The position numbers and the translations under genes were made by a program. The notes under the pieces were generated by a model. That model searched no databases and was not told the origin of the DNA. It was given only the letters and a program-made list of their open reading frames with translations. Below, one piece after another: positions 48,353 through 60,317 of a DNA stretch of 64,000 nt (positions are counted from its first letter, which is position 1; each line of letters begins with the position of its first letter). The stretch comes from Podarcis muralis (lineage: Eukaryota): assembly GCF_964188315.1 (NCBI RefSeq), contig NC_135655.1, positions 82,460,001 to 82,524,000 on the forward strand, in the 5' to 3' direction.

Positions 48353-49217
48353 TACTTGAAGATAGTAGCATAGCTTGCTTCATTCATTCATTCATTCATT
48401 CATTCATGTATGCATCCATCCCTGCTAGTCTCCATCTTAGTTTCAGAGCTCATTTTAAAAATGTTATTGACAAACTGAAAAGGAATTGCCTTTAAAGCAT
48501 GAGAGAGAAACAGAAGCTGTATAAAGAATGATTCAGTAAACTGTATTCAGTCCTACACCATCTATTAGGGTTAGATTAAGCATCTTGCTCACCTGTGTTA
48601 TGTAACAAAGGCAGAGATCATTTGTTTTCAAAGTGCTACTCTGCCTAAAAATATGTGGTAGGGGGTGGTTCATTGCAGTGGGGGGGGATTTTTGATTCTG
48701 TTCTCATTTTAATGTGAAATGACCTAGTTTGCTGTTCCTAAAACAATGCACAGACCAAGACACATCTGTCCTTCAAAATTTGCACTTCTTTATATTTTGC
48801 AATGCAGTTCTTCATATGTGCATATTAAGGGGAAATGTTCATAACCATGCACAGAGAGGGGGGGGGGAGAGAGAGAGAGAGAGAGAAATATACATAGATT
48901 AATTATATTAAGCAACATCGTTTGCCAAAATATGCATGTTAGGGAAAAATGCCCACGAATCTGCAGATAAATTTCCAAAAGGACTTTTTTAAAATATTCA
49001 AACAGACATGGTAATATGGAATATTGCAAAAAGGGGAAATGAGAACCTTAGAGAAATTAAATGGATAAATTTCTCCAGCAATACATTTGCAATCATTCCA
49101 ATGTATTTCAAAACATCAAGACAGGGTTAATGCCAAGAGCTAGATCAGAAAGATTTTTTAAAACTAATAAGACTTCACTTCCTTTTTCCTTTCAGGTCAG
49201 ATAACATTATTGGTAAC

Positions 49218-50171
49218 ATGAATAAGGGAAATGACAGCTCAGTGACTGAATTTCTCTTGCTGGGCTTTTCTGTCTTTGGAAAGAAACCAACTCTACTCTT
49301 CCTAGGTTTCTCTCTTATATATGGCACTATCCTGGTCTTCAACCTCACCATCATGTCTGTCATCCTGTTTGACCGGACTTTACACAGCCCCATGTACTTT
49401 CTACTCTTTGCATTCTCCGCATCAGAAACCTGCACTACATTTATCACCATCCCTAAGTTGCTGGTGACCCTGGTGACAGGCAGTCAATCCATTTCCTTTG
49501 ATGAGTGTGCCGTGCAGATGTTTTTCATTTCTGTATTTGGAGCGAACAACTGTTTCCTGCTTGCTGCTATGGCTTACGATCGGTATGTGGCTATATGCTG
49601 CCCACTTCAGTACCAGGTGCTGATGAACAAAAGAATTTGTACCCAAATGGTAGCTGCTTCATGTGTAACTGGATGTATCATAGCACTGAGCATTAATACT
49701 CTCATTTTCAGGTTGCCCTTCTGTGGGTCAAACGGAATCAGGCATTTCTTTTGTGATTTCCTACCTGTGCTGAGGCTGGCTTGCATTGATGAATCGGTCT
49801 TGCACCTGACTAATATTGCAATCATTATTTTGTGTGCCATTGTTTTGCTGGGCACAGTCATGGTGATGTTTGTCTCATACCTTTACATCATTTCTGCCAT
49901 CCTAAGGATCCCCTCCAGTGTAGGAAGGCAGAAAGCCTTCTCCACATGTGCCTCCCACCTCACAGTGGTGATAACACACTTTGGGTGTGCATCCTTTGTG
50001 TATTTGAGACCCAAGTCTTCCTCATCGCTAGATCAGGACACATTGATCTCAGTGACTTATGTCTTTCTAACCCCTCTACTGAACCCTGTGATTTATACCT
50101 TAAGAAACAGGGAGGTTAGAATAGCCATAAAGAAATTACTAGTGCACTCATTCTGTTCTCAGAAACTGTGA
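49218..50171 (+). CDS. Olfactory receptor, family 10-like, 317 aa
   Basis: [73 protein letters not shown]; acceptor at 49194-49195. Confidence 0.95.
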   Translation: MNKGNDSSVTEFLLLGFSVFGKKPTLLFLGFSLIYGTILVFNLTIMSVILFDRTLHSPMYFLLFAFSASETCTTFITIPKLLVTLVTGSQSISFDECAVQMFFISVFGANNCFLLAAMAYDRYVAICCPLQYQVLMNKRICTQMVAASCVTGCIIALSINTLIFRLPFCGSNGIRHFFCDFLPVLRLACIDESVLHLTNIAIIILCAIVLLGTVMVMFVSYLYIISAILRIPSSVGRQKAFSTCASHLTVVITHFGCASFVYLRPKSSSSLDQDTLISVTYVFLTPLLNPVIYTLRNREVRIAIKKLLVHSFCSQKL

Positions 50172-51753
50172 AGAGAAGGCACTTTGACATTTTTGTCAAT
50201 TAGCAAGCAAGTCCTGATTGAGAATGTAGTTGTTTAAGCTGTGACAGCTATTTGGCATGAGAAATAAACTTGAATATGATTTAGGGTTGGGACCATGGTA
50301 TAGAAGATAAGGGTACCCCACGTCTCCCATACCCTCTGGTTCCAATCCTGATCATGTCCACCAATGAAGGTCATTTTCAGTCTTCAAAATACAAGGAATG
50401 TCAATCCAAACCTCGAACATTATGGGTAGTTTGGTATTAGTTTTAATTAACAAAATACCGTTCTGTAATACAGTTTGCCAGTCCACTGTTTCAGTATTTG
50501 TACCTGAATAAATATTTAAATACTCAAAAAATCTGTAGGCAGTGATTTGTATTCTAAGGGTCGATATCTATTAGACCAGGGGTAGTCAATGTCTTGCCCT
50601 CCAGGTATTTAGTGGACTAGAACTGTCATCAGGGTGAACTGACTGGCCAGCCATGTCCTTGGCTGTCGTGGGAACTTCAGTCCCAGAAAGTGGGGAAGAG
50701 ACTGACAGAGGAGGATCCCCTCCCTTTCTGTGATATCTGGGAGCAAAGGGGTAGAACCCTCTCCCAGGTCTGTTCTTCATCTGTCCCAAATCCCAACTTC
50801 TGAATGCTCTGTCTCCTCCTCTGACAGACCCACCATATCCCAGTTGGCACCATGGGGTCTATAACGATCAGTCAATATGATTGTAACTATGGAGGCAGAG
50901 CATAGCCATCAAGCATTAGCCATCAAGCATAGCCACACATAGCCTTTGAAACTGTCCAGGTAGGGTGCAAGAAATCTTTAGAGCTCTCCTTCTCTGGTAG
51001 GGAGGGGGGAACCTAAGATTTTAACCATTCATCCGTTACCCATCCACCTCCTCCCACCCTAGTCTCTTACAATCATTCATCCAACCACAATCCTTGGACA
51101 TACTTACTCAACCCATTTTTCACTGTACATGTCAGAACCCTCCTTGTACTCTGTACGGAGTGGCTTTTCATTATAACAATCAAGGTCGGTCCCACCTGGA
51201 GCAATCCAGTGTTTGTCAAAATGGAGAGGAAGTCAGGTGGTGAGGAGAGTGGGAAGGAGATGATGTAGTCAGACAATCCCACCTCCATTGTCTCCCTCTT
51301 TCCCCACTGCTTATTGCCAACCACATGTTTCATTAGGGCTTAATACCCTGGTTGAACCTGGGCTAGGAGGGGGAAATGAGACAAGGTCACCAACCACATT
51401 GAGTTGTATAACCCTGATTACACCTTCTCCGGTCGGGCAGGAAGACACACTGGCCACAGGTTCAATTAGAGCTTAAACTGCTATCTTTTTAATTACGGCC
51501 TTTATAGAACTCCTGATTAAATTTAGGGCCAAGGTTGGCTTGGGTTCAGATCTATCTCAGCCAGATTGAAGCCTAATCATGATTCTTGAATTTATTTCAC
51601 AAAATGCATGTAATGAACATTTACGGCTCCCAACCCTAATCCTGCGGAAAGCCATCTAATTAGATTTTAATTTGATCCAGACTTGTTTTTGGAGGTACTG
51701 TATTCATTGTTTGATTTTATACCAATGTTATATATTTGATGTTAGCTGCCCTG

Positions 51754-51925
51754 TGCTGTGCTGGTGCTGGCTCGGCAGCTGCAGCTTCGTCACGCTGGCC
51801 ACGTGACCCAGAAGTGTCTTCGGACGGCGACGGCTCACGGCCTCTAGAGCGAGATGAGCACGCAACCCTAGAGTCGGACACAACTGGCCCGTACGGGCAG
51901 GGGTACCTTTACCTTTACCTTTACT
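51754..51925 (+). mobile_element. 5'-truncated Sauria SINE inside an L2 tail
   Basis: (ACCTTT)3 tail; TSD tgccctg at 51747-51753 and 51926-51932; empty site at about 57853. Confidence 0.85.
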
Positions 51926-53384
51926 TGCCCTGAGCCCAGTCTCGGCCAGAGAGGGCAGGATATAAATAAAAGTTGTTTTTTTAATATTATTATTATTATT
52001 AATGTTTCAAAGTAAAAAATGAAAAACAACGGATTCTAAACCCTCAAAGCGGTTTCTAAAACAATGGTTTAAAAAATCAGGATTGTCAAATTGGGCCTGG
52101 GCCAAATTATGAGTACTGTGCACAGAGCTAGTTTTTAACCCCATGGGCAACTGAAAAGAAAGAAAATTTATCTTTCTACAACTGAGGTGAGAAAACAGAA
52201 ATTATCACTGTTAAGGATTTATTTAAAAAGACACACCATTTCAGTCTAAATAACATGACACACTATATTTTTGCATATTTTTCTTTTTAAAATGTCATAA
52301 ACTTAGGGAATAAACATAATTTTAAAGAAGAAATAAATTCAAGCAATTTATATCAATATTCAGCTTTATTGTCCAAAACCATCTCCTTTACCATCTAACT
52401 CCAGAGCGGAATTATTCTATCTAAGTTTTGCATACTCTGTATTATCTGGGGAATATGTTCCCAAGTGGTGAACCAGTGCTTATATTAATAGCATAGTATC
52501 AAAGTGGGGTCTCCCACAACTGGAGAGCTGCATTATTCTAGCTGGAGGTAAGATACTAGGAGATGGTAGCATCCATCTCTTCATGCATTCAAGCTAGTCT
52601 CCATTTTATTTCAGTGCTCATTTTAAAAATGCAATTGACAAATGGGAAAGGAGTTGCTCTTAAAGCCTGAGAGAGTAACAGAAGCTGCATGAGGAACGAG
52701 TCAGAAAATTTGCTTGTATTCAAATTGAAGCCTTTCTTCAGTCCTATACCATCTATTCAGATTAGATGAAGCATCTTCTTTACCTGTGTTATGGAACAAA
52801 GGCTAAGAAGAAAGATAATTTCTTTTCAAAGTGCTACTCTTCCTCAAAATAGGTGACAGAGGATGGTTCACTGCAGGAGACAAGGGAGAAATTTGGTCCT
52901 CTTCACACTTGAATGTGAAACGACATAGTTTGCTGTTGTTAAAGCAATGCACAGGCCAAAACATGCCTGTCCTTCAAAATTTCCACTTCTTTGAACTTTC
53001 CCATGCAAAAGTTGCATATTGAGGGAAGGTGCTCATAAATAGCCATATATACATGAAGCACAACATATATAGATTAATTATATTAAGCAACATTGCTTAC
53101 AAATATGTGAATATTAGGAAAAAATGAATGCTAAACTGCTTATGAATTTCCAAAAGGTCTTTAAAAAAAATACTTGAACTGGCAAGGAATTATGGCATGG
53201 TGAAGATTCAAAAAATGAGAAACTGATATAGATAGATTTGTCCATCCATACATTTGCAGTAATTCCAATGCATTTCAAAATCTCAAGGCAGGGTTAATCT
53301 CAAGGGTTAGATCAGAAAGATTTTTTAAAACTAGTAAGACTTCACTTCGTTTTTCCTTACAGGTCAGATAACATTATTGGTAAC

Positions 53385-54338
53385 ATGAATAAGGGAAACG
53401 ACAGCTCAGTGACTGAATTTCTCTTGCTAGGGTTTTCTGTCTTTGGAAGGAAACCAACTCTACTCTTCCTAGGTTTCTCTCTTATATATGGCATGATCCT
53501 GGTCTTCAACCTCACCATCATGTCTGTCATCCTGTTTGACCGGACTTTACACAGCCCCATGTACTTTCTACTCTTTGCATTCTCCGCATCAGAAACCTGC
53601 AGCACATTTGCCACCATCCCCAAATTGCTGGTGACCCTGGTGACAGGCAGTCAATCCATTTCCTTTGTTGGGTGTGCCATGCAGCAATTTTGTTTCTTTG
53701 GCTTCTCTGCAAGCAACTGTTTCCTGCTTGTTTCTATGGCTTACGATCGGTATGTGGCAATATGCTGCCCACTTCAGTACCATATACTGATGAACAAAAG
53801 GGTTTGTACCCAAATGGTAGCTGCTTCATGTCTAACTGGATGTGTCATATCACTGAGTATTAATACTCTCATTTTCAGGTTACCCTTCTGTGGGCCAAAT
53901 GGAATCAGGCATTTCTTTTGTGATTTCCTACCTGTGCTGAGGCTGGCTTGCATTGATGAATCGGTCTTGCACCTGACTAACATTGCAATCATTATTTTGT
54001 GTGCCATTGTTTTGCTGGGCACAGTCATGGTGATGTTTGTTTCATACCTGTACATCATTTCTGCCATCCTAAGGATCCCTTCCAGCTTAGGAAGACAGAA
54101 AGCCTTCTCCACATGTGCCTCCCACCTCACAGTGGTGATAACACACTTTGGGTGTGCATCCTTTGTGTATTTGAGACCCAAGTCCTCCTCATCGCTAGAT
54201 CAGGATACATTGATCTCAGTGACTTATGTCTTTCTAACCCCTCTGATAAACCCTGTAATTTATACTTTAAGAAACAGGGAGGTTAGAATAGCCATAAAGA
54301 AGTTAGTTGTGCACTCATTCCATTCTCAGAAACTGTGA
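53385..54338 (+). CDS. Olfactory receptor, family 10-like, 317 aa
   Basis: Complete OR motif set; close paralog of 49218. Confidence 0.95.
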   Translation: MNKGNDSSVTEFLLLGFSVFGRKPTLLFLGFSLIYGMILVFNLTIMSVILFDRTLHSPMYFLLFAFSASETCSTFATIPKLLVTLVTGSQSISFVGCAMQQFCFFGFSASNCFLLVSMAYDRYVAICCPLQYHILMNKRVCTQMVAASCLTGCVISLSINTLIFRLPFCGPNGIRHFFCDFLPVLRLACIDESVLHLTNIAIIILCAIVLLGTVMVMFVSYLYIISAILRIPSSLGRQKAFSTCASHLTVVITHFGCASFVYLRPKSSSSLDQDTLISVTYVFLTPLINPVIYTLRNREVRIAIKKLVVHSFHSQKL

Positions 54339-55441
54339 AGAGAAGGTATTTTGACCTTTTGCCAATGCAAACATGCAACTCCTGATTGAGAATGCAGTTG
54401 TTTAAGCTGTGGCTGTTCTTTGACATGAGAAATAAACTTCGATACGTTTTAGGTTGGGACCATGGTGTAGGAGATAAGGGTACCCCCCCCTCTCCCATAC
54501 TCTCAGGTTCCAATCCTGATCATGTCCACCAATGATTGCCATTTTCAGTTTTCAAAAATACAACGAATGTCAATCCACACATTGAATATTACGGGTAGTT
54601 TGGCCTTAATTTTAAATAACAGCATACCGTTCCCTAATACAGTTTGCCAGTCCTCTGTTTCAGTATTTGTACCTGAATAAATATTTACTCAAAACAACTA
54701 TATGTAGTAATTTGTACTCTAAGGGCTGATATCTGTTAGATCAGGAAAAGTCAATGTCTTGACCTTCAGATATTTGGTGGACTAGAACTTCCATCAGGTA
54801 GAACTGGCTGGCCTGCCATGACCTTGGCTCCCATGGGAACTTCATTCTCAGACTGACTCAGGAAGATCCCCTCCCTTTCTCTGATATCTGGAAGCAAAGT
54901 GGTGGAGCCCTCTCCCAAGTCTGTTCTTCATCTATCTCAAATCCCAACTTCTAAATGCTCTGTCTCCTCCTGTGGCAGACCCACCATGTTCCAGTTGGCA
55001 CCATAGGGTCCATAACAATCAGTCAGTATTATTTCAACTATGGAGGCAGAGCATAGCCGTCAAGGCTAGTTGCCACATATAGCCTTCTTCTCCATGAATT
55101 TGTTGAATCATCCTTTGAAGCTGTCCAGGTAGGGTGCAAGAAGCCTTTAGAGCTCTCCTTCTCTGGTAGGGAGGGGGAAACCTAAGACCTTAATCATTCA
55201 TCCTTTACCCATCTACCTTCTTCCACCCTAGTCTCTTACAATCGTTCATCCAGCCAGTCCTTGGACATACTTACTCAACCCATTTTTCACTGTACATGTT
55301 AGAACCTTCCTTGTACTCTATTTAGAGGGGCTTTTCATTTCTACATTCAAACATTCGGTATTAGCAGACTCAGTAAAACCCCAAAGTTTCATGGCCTGAC
55401 CACAAAACTGGGAAGATGAGTTAAAGAGGAATCTAAAGTGT

Positions 55442-57133
55442 TTGTTTAAAGATAACTACACACCGGTATGGAATGGTATTAAAAGAGACTTCGAAGTGTG
55501 GGGAAGGATGTAACTATCTCTATGGGGTAGAATATCAGCAATTAAAATGAATGTGCTACCCAAAATGTTATTTTTATTTCAGTAAATCCCAATTATAAAA
55601 GGTGTTTGTAACTTTAAAGAGTGGCAAAAAGCAATAACGAAATTTATTGGGCCAGGGGGGGGAACCTAAATTGAAATTAAAATTACTTACAGATGTTAAA
55701 GAGAGAGGAGGCTTTTCCCTACCAGATTTAAAATTGTATTATGAAGCTTCTTGCCTATGCTGGTTAAGGGACTGCATATTGTTAGAAAATACATATCTAC
55801 TAGATTGGAAGGGTTTGATAATAGATTTGGATGGCACGCATATTTATGGTATGAGAAGGTAAAAGTTCATAAAGGTTTTCTGAACCACATAATTTGAAAA
55901 CCAATCTATGAGGTGTGGAATAGATATAAGAGTTTATTAGAAAGGAAAGCACCTTGGTGGCTGTTGCTGCTAAAGGCAACAACTGTGAAAAAGTCAAACA
56001 TGGAAGAAAAGTGGGCCACCTGTGGAGATTTGGTGATAGAGATGAAGAATCAGTGGAAATTGAAACCTTATGAGATAAAAAATTTACTAAATGATCAGTT
56101 GCATTATTGGCAAATAAATGAAGTCTTTAAAGAAGATAAAAAGAAAAACTGATTTGAATTTACAAGATCTAGGTTTGAAATGGATTTATTAAGTAATAAA
56201 GTAAAAATATTGTCAAAAATGTATGTTACTTTTGGAATGGCATACGAAAGATGAAGAAGTAAAATCAGTAATGATACATTGGGCAAAAGATATTGGTCAT
56301 AATATACAGTTAAAAGATTGGGAAAGATTGTGGAAAGATGGAATAAATTTTACTGCTTGCAGCTTGCATAAAGAAAATGAAATGAAAATGATGTACAGAT
56401 GGTACCTAACACCAGTGAAATTAGCAAAAATGTATAGAATAAATAATTTATGTTGGAAATGTAAAGAATAAGAGGGTACCTTTGTTATATGTGGTGGGTT
56501 TGTAAAGAGGTGAAAGCTTTCTGGGAAATTATAAATGATGAACTTTAAAAAAATGTTGAAATATATGTTTATTAAAAAAAAACAACCCCAGAAGATTTCT
56601 TATTAGGTATTGTAGGTAGAGAAATACACAAGCAGGACAAAACATTGTTTTTATATGCAATAACTGCAGCGAGAATGTTATTAGCCCAAAGATGGGAGCA
56701 GGGGGATCTATCAACAAAAGAAGAGTGGCAGATGAAATTACTGGACTATGCCAAACTGGCGAAACTGATGGGAAAAATCCGGAACCAGCAGGATCATGTT
56801 TTTCTGAAAAATTGGAATAAATTTGTTATATTTGAAATACAACTGTAAACAATTAACAACGCTAGCAGGCTTATTGAAAGTTTTGTAAGGTTAATTTTAT
56901 CACTTATTATGTATTGTAGTTACGGTAAGTAAGTATTACTGTATATAAGGTTATGATTTAACAGAAATAAGAAATAGAGGAAAATCCAGTATACAAAGAT
57001 TAGGTTTGAAAACCATCATTCGGGAGGAGAGAAGTCACAGTCTCAGGGAGCCAAATGTTGTTGTTTTTTTGCAAACAAAAATGTCATGTATGAAAATATT
57101 TGTAAAATTAATAAAATTAAATAAATAAACAAA
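55442..57133 (+). mobile_element. 5'-truncated, decayed L1 LINE (ORF2 C-terminal region plus 3' UTR)
   Basis: GGFSLPDLKLYYEA, WERLWK and MYRWYLTP..L..M...CWKC motifs with stops and frameshifts. A-rich tail. TSD aatctaaagtgt at 55430-55441 and 57134-57145. Empty site at 63403. Confidence 0.9.
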
Positions 57134-58030
57134 AATCTAAAGTGTACAGGTGCTTCTTTGCTTCAACAACACTCACTCCATGAAGCTTGGAAATGCAGGA
57201 GATGATTGTGGCTTTTATTCGGCCTGTGCATCTGCTCAGAGCAAATCCTTGATCCCAAACTCATTCCGGCTGAGTGAGTCAAGGCAGCCCATAGATCCAC
57301 CTGGAGCAATCCAGTGTTTGTCAAAATGGAGAGGCAGTCAGGTGATGAGGAGAGTGGGAAGGAGATGATGTAGTCAGACAATCCCACCTCCATTGTCTCC
57401 CTTTTCCCCCACTACTTATTGCCAACCACATGTTTCATTAGGGCTTAACACCCTGGTTGAACCTGGGCTAGGAGGGGGGAGTGAGACAAGGTCACCAACC
57501 ACATTGAGTTGTATAACCCTGATTACACCTTCTCTGGTGGGGCGGGAAGACACACTGACCTCATGTTCAATTAGAACTTAAACTGCTATCTTTTTAATTA
57601 TGGCCTTTATAGAACTCCTGATTAAATTTAGGGCCAAGGTTGGCCTGGGTTCAGATCAATCTCAGCCAGATTGAAGCCTAATCATGATTCTTGAATTTAT
57701 TTCACAAAATGCATGTAATGAACATTTACGGCTCCCAACCCTAATCCTGCGGAAAGCCATCTAATTAGATTTTAATTTGAACCTGACTTGTTTTTAGGAG
57801 GTAATTTAATTACTGTTTGATTTTATATCAGTGTTATATATTTGATGTTAGCTGCCCTGAGCCAAGTCATGGCCAGGGAGTGCGGGATATAAATAAAAGT
57901 TGATTATTTTTATTATTATTTCATAGTAAAAAACAAAAACAAACCCTCAAAGCAGTTTCTAAAACAATGGTTTAAAAATCAGATTGTCAAATTGGGCCTG
58001 GGCCAAATTATGATTACTGTTTTTAACCCC

Positions 58031-58195
58031 GTGTGCTGCTCTGGTTCTCCAGAAGCGGCTTAGTCATGCTGGCCACATGACCCGGAAGCTGTACCCCGGC
58101 TCCCTCGGCCAGTAATAAAAAAAAGCGAGATGAGCGCCGCAACCCCAGAGTCGGCCACAACTGGACCTAATGGTCAGGGGTCCCTTTACCTTTTT
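58031..58195 (+). mobile_element. 5'-truncated Sauria SINE
   Basis: ccacatgacccggaagctg..gagtcggccacaactggacctaatggtcaggggtccctttacc. Confidence 0.85.
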
Positions 58196-59004
58196 TAATT
58201 GAAAAGAAAGGAAATTTATCTGTCTATAACAGAGGTGAGAAAGCAAAAATTATCACTGTTTAGGATCTATAAAAAGACACACCATTTTAGTCTTGATAAC
58301 ATGATACACTATATTTTTGCATAATTTTCTTTTTAAAATGTCATAAATGTGGGGAATAAGCATAATTTTAAATAAGAAATAAATTCAAAACATTTACATC
58401 AATACTCAGCTTTATTGACCAAAGCCATCTCCTTTACCATCTAACTCCAGAGCGGAATTATTCTATCTAAGTTTTGCATACTCTGTATTATCTGGGGAAT
58501 ATGTTCCCAAGTGGTGAACCAGTGCTTATATTAATAGCATAGTATCAAAGTGGGGTCTCCCACAACTGGAGAGCTGCGTTATTCTAGCTGGAGGTAAGAT
58601 ACTAGGAGATGGTAGCATCCATCTCTTCATGCATTCAAGCTAATCTCCATTTTGTTTCAGTGCCCATTTTAAAAATGCAGTTGACAAACAGGAAAGGAGT
58701 TGCTCTTAAAGCCTGAGAGAGTAAGAGAAGCTGCATGAGGAACGAGTCAGAAAATTTGCTTGTATTCAAATTGGAGCCTTTCTTCAGTCCTATACCATCT
58801 ATTCAGATTAGATGAAGCATCTTCTTTAACTGTCTTATGTAACAAAGCCTAAAAAGACAGAGATCTCTTTTTTTTCAAAGTGCTACTCAGCCTCAGAATA
58901 GGTGACAGGATAGTTCACTGCAAGAGACGAGGGAGAAATTTGGTCCTCTTCACGCTTGAATGTGAAACTACATAGTTTGCTATTGTTAAAGCAATGCAAA
59001 GGCC

Positions 59005-59005
<1 letters not shown>

Positions 59006-59049
<44 letters not shown>

Positions 59050-59650
59050 TCTTTATTGTCATTACCCCCTCTCGGGGACAATGAAATTACTTGACTGCTC
59101 CATAAAACCCCTAATTAAAACAATACAGTATAGTACAGCAAGGAAGATTAGATGACTTTCAAAGTCCAGGCTTTCCATTCAGGGCCGAGATCGCTCTGGA
59201 GAAGAAGCTGTTCTTAAGACGGCTCGTTCTTGTCTTCATCGTCCTGTATCTCCGTCCCGACGGCAGGAGCTCGAAGAGACAGTGACCAGGATGCGATGGA
59301 TCTTTTACTATGTCCAGTGCCTTCCTATGGCACCTTGTGGCATAAATCTGCTCTAAGGTGGAGAGTGGGCAGCCAACAATGCTCTCTGCTGCCTTAACAA
59401 CTCTGCACAACCCCATCCTGTCCTGGGTAGTACAGCTTCCGTACCACACACATAAGCCATAAGTGAGCACGCTCTCAATGGCACAGTGATAGAAGGCAAG
59501 CAGCAGTTTCTGCGGAAGATGGTTTTTCCTTAGAATTCTCAAAAAGTACAGTCTCTGCTGCACCTTCTTCACAAGCCCCCTTGTGTTGACACTCCAGGAC
59601 AGATCCTCTTGTAATTCAATGCCCAAAAATCTGAACGTTGTTACCCTCTC
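59006..59650 (-). mobile_element. Rex1/Babar-type LINE 3' fragment with (TAT)n tail
   Basis: Open frame ERVTTFRFLG..LSWS.N....KK.QQRLYFLR.L..IESVLTY...WY..HP.H.LF.LLPSGRRYR..NSFF. Absent in the paralog at about 52967. Confidence 0.85.
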
Positions 59651-59742
59651 CATGCCTGTCCTTCAAAATTTCCACTTCTTTGAACTTTCCCATGCAAAAG
59701 CTGCATATTGAGGGAAGGTGCTCATAAATATCCATATGCATA

Positions 59743-59982
59743 CCGTATTTTTCACACTATAAGACGCACCAACTATAAGACGCACCTAGTTTTTAGAGGA
59801 GGAAAGCAAGAAAGAAAAAATTCTGAATCAAATGTTGTTGAGGAGGCTTCGCGCGGCTATCCCTGAAACCAGAACAGCAAGAGGGATTGCTGCACAGCCT
59901 GCATTCGCTCCATGAGACGCACACACATTTTCCCTTACTTTTTAGGAGGGAAAAAGTGCGTCTTATAGAGTGAAAAATACGG
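59743..59982. mobile_element. Tc1/mariner-superfamily MITE
   Basis: TIR ccgtatttttcacactataagacgcac / gtgcgtcttatagagtgaaaaatacgg with TA TSD; empty site at about 53049. Confidence 0.9.
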
Positions 59983-60317
59983 TACATGAAATACAACATA
60001 TATAGATTAATTATAGTAAGTAACGTTGCTTACAAATATGTGAATATTAGGAAAAAATGAATTCTAAACTGCTTATGAATTTCCAAATGGTCTTTAAAAA
60101 GAAATACTTGAACTGGCAAGGAACTATGGCATGGTGAAGTTTTGAAAAATAAGAAACTAAAATAGATAGATTTCTCCAGCCATACATTTGCAGTAATTCC
60201 AATGTATTTCAAAACCTCGAGGAAGGGTTAATGCCAAGGGTTGGATCAGAAAGATTTTTTAAAACTAATAAACTTCACTTCCTTTTTCCTTTCAGGTCAG
60301 ATAACATTATTGGCAAC

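Noticed and set aside
60231-60317. 29-aa N-terminal extension of the last OR
   Set aside because: The ATG lies upstream of a splice acceptor conserved in the paralogs, and it is in frame only because of a 1-bp indel relative to 49130-49217.
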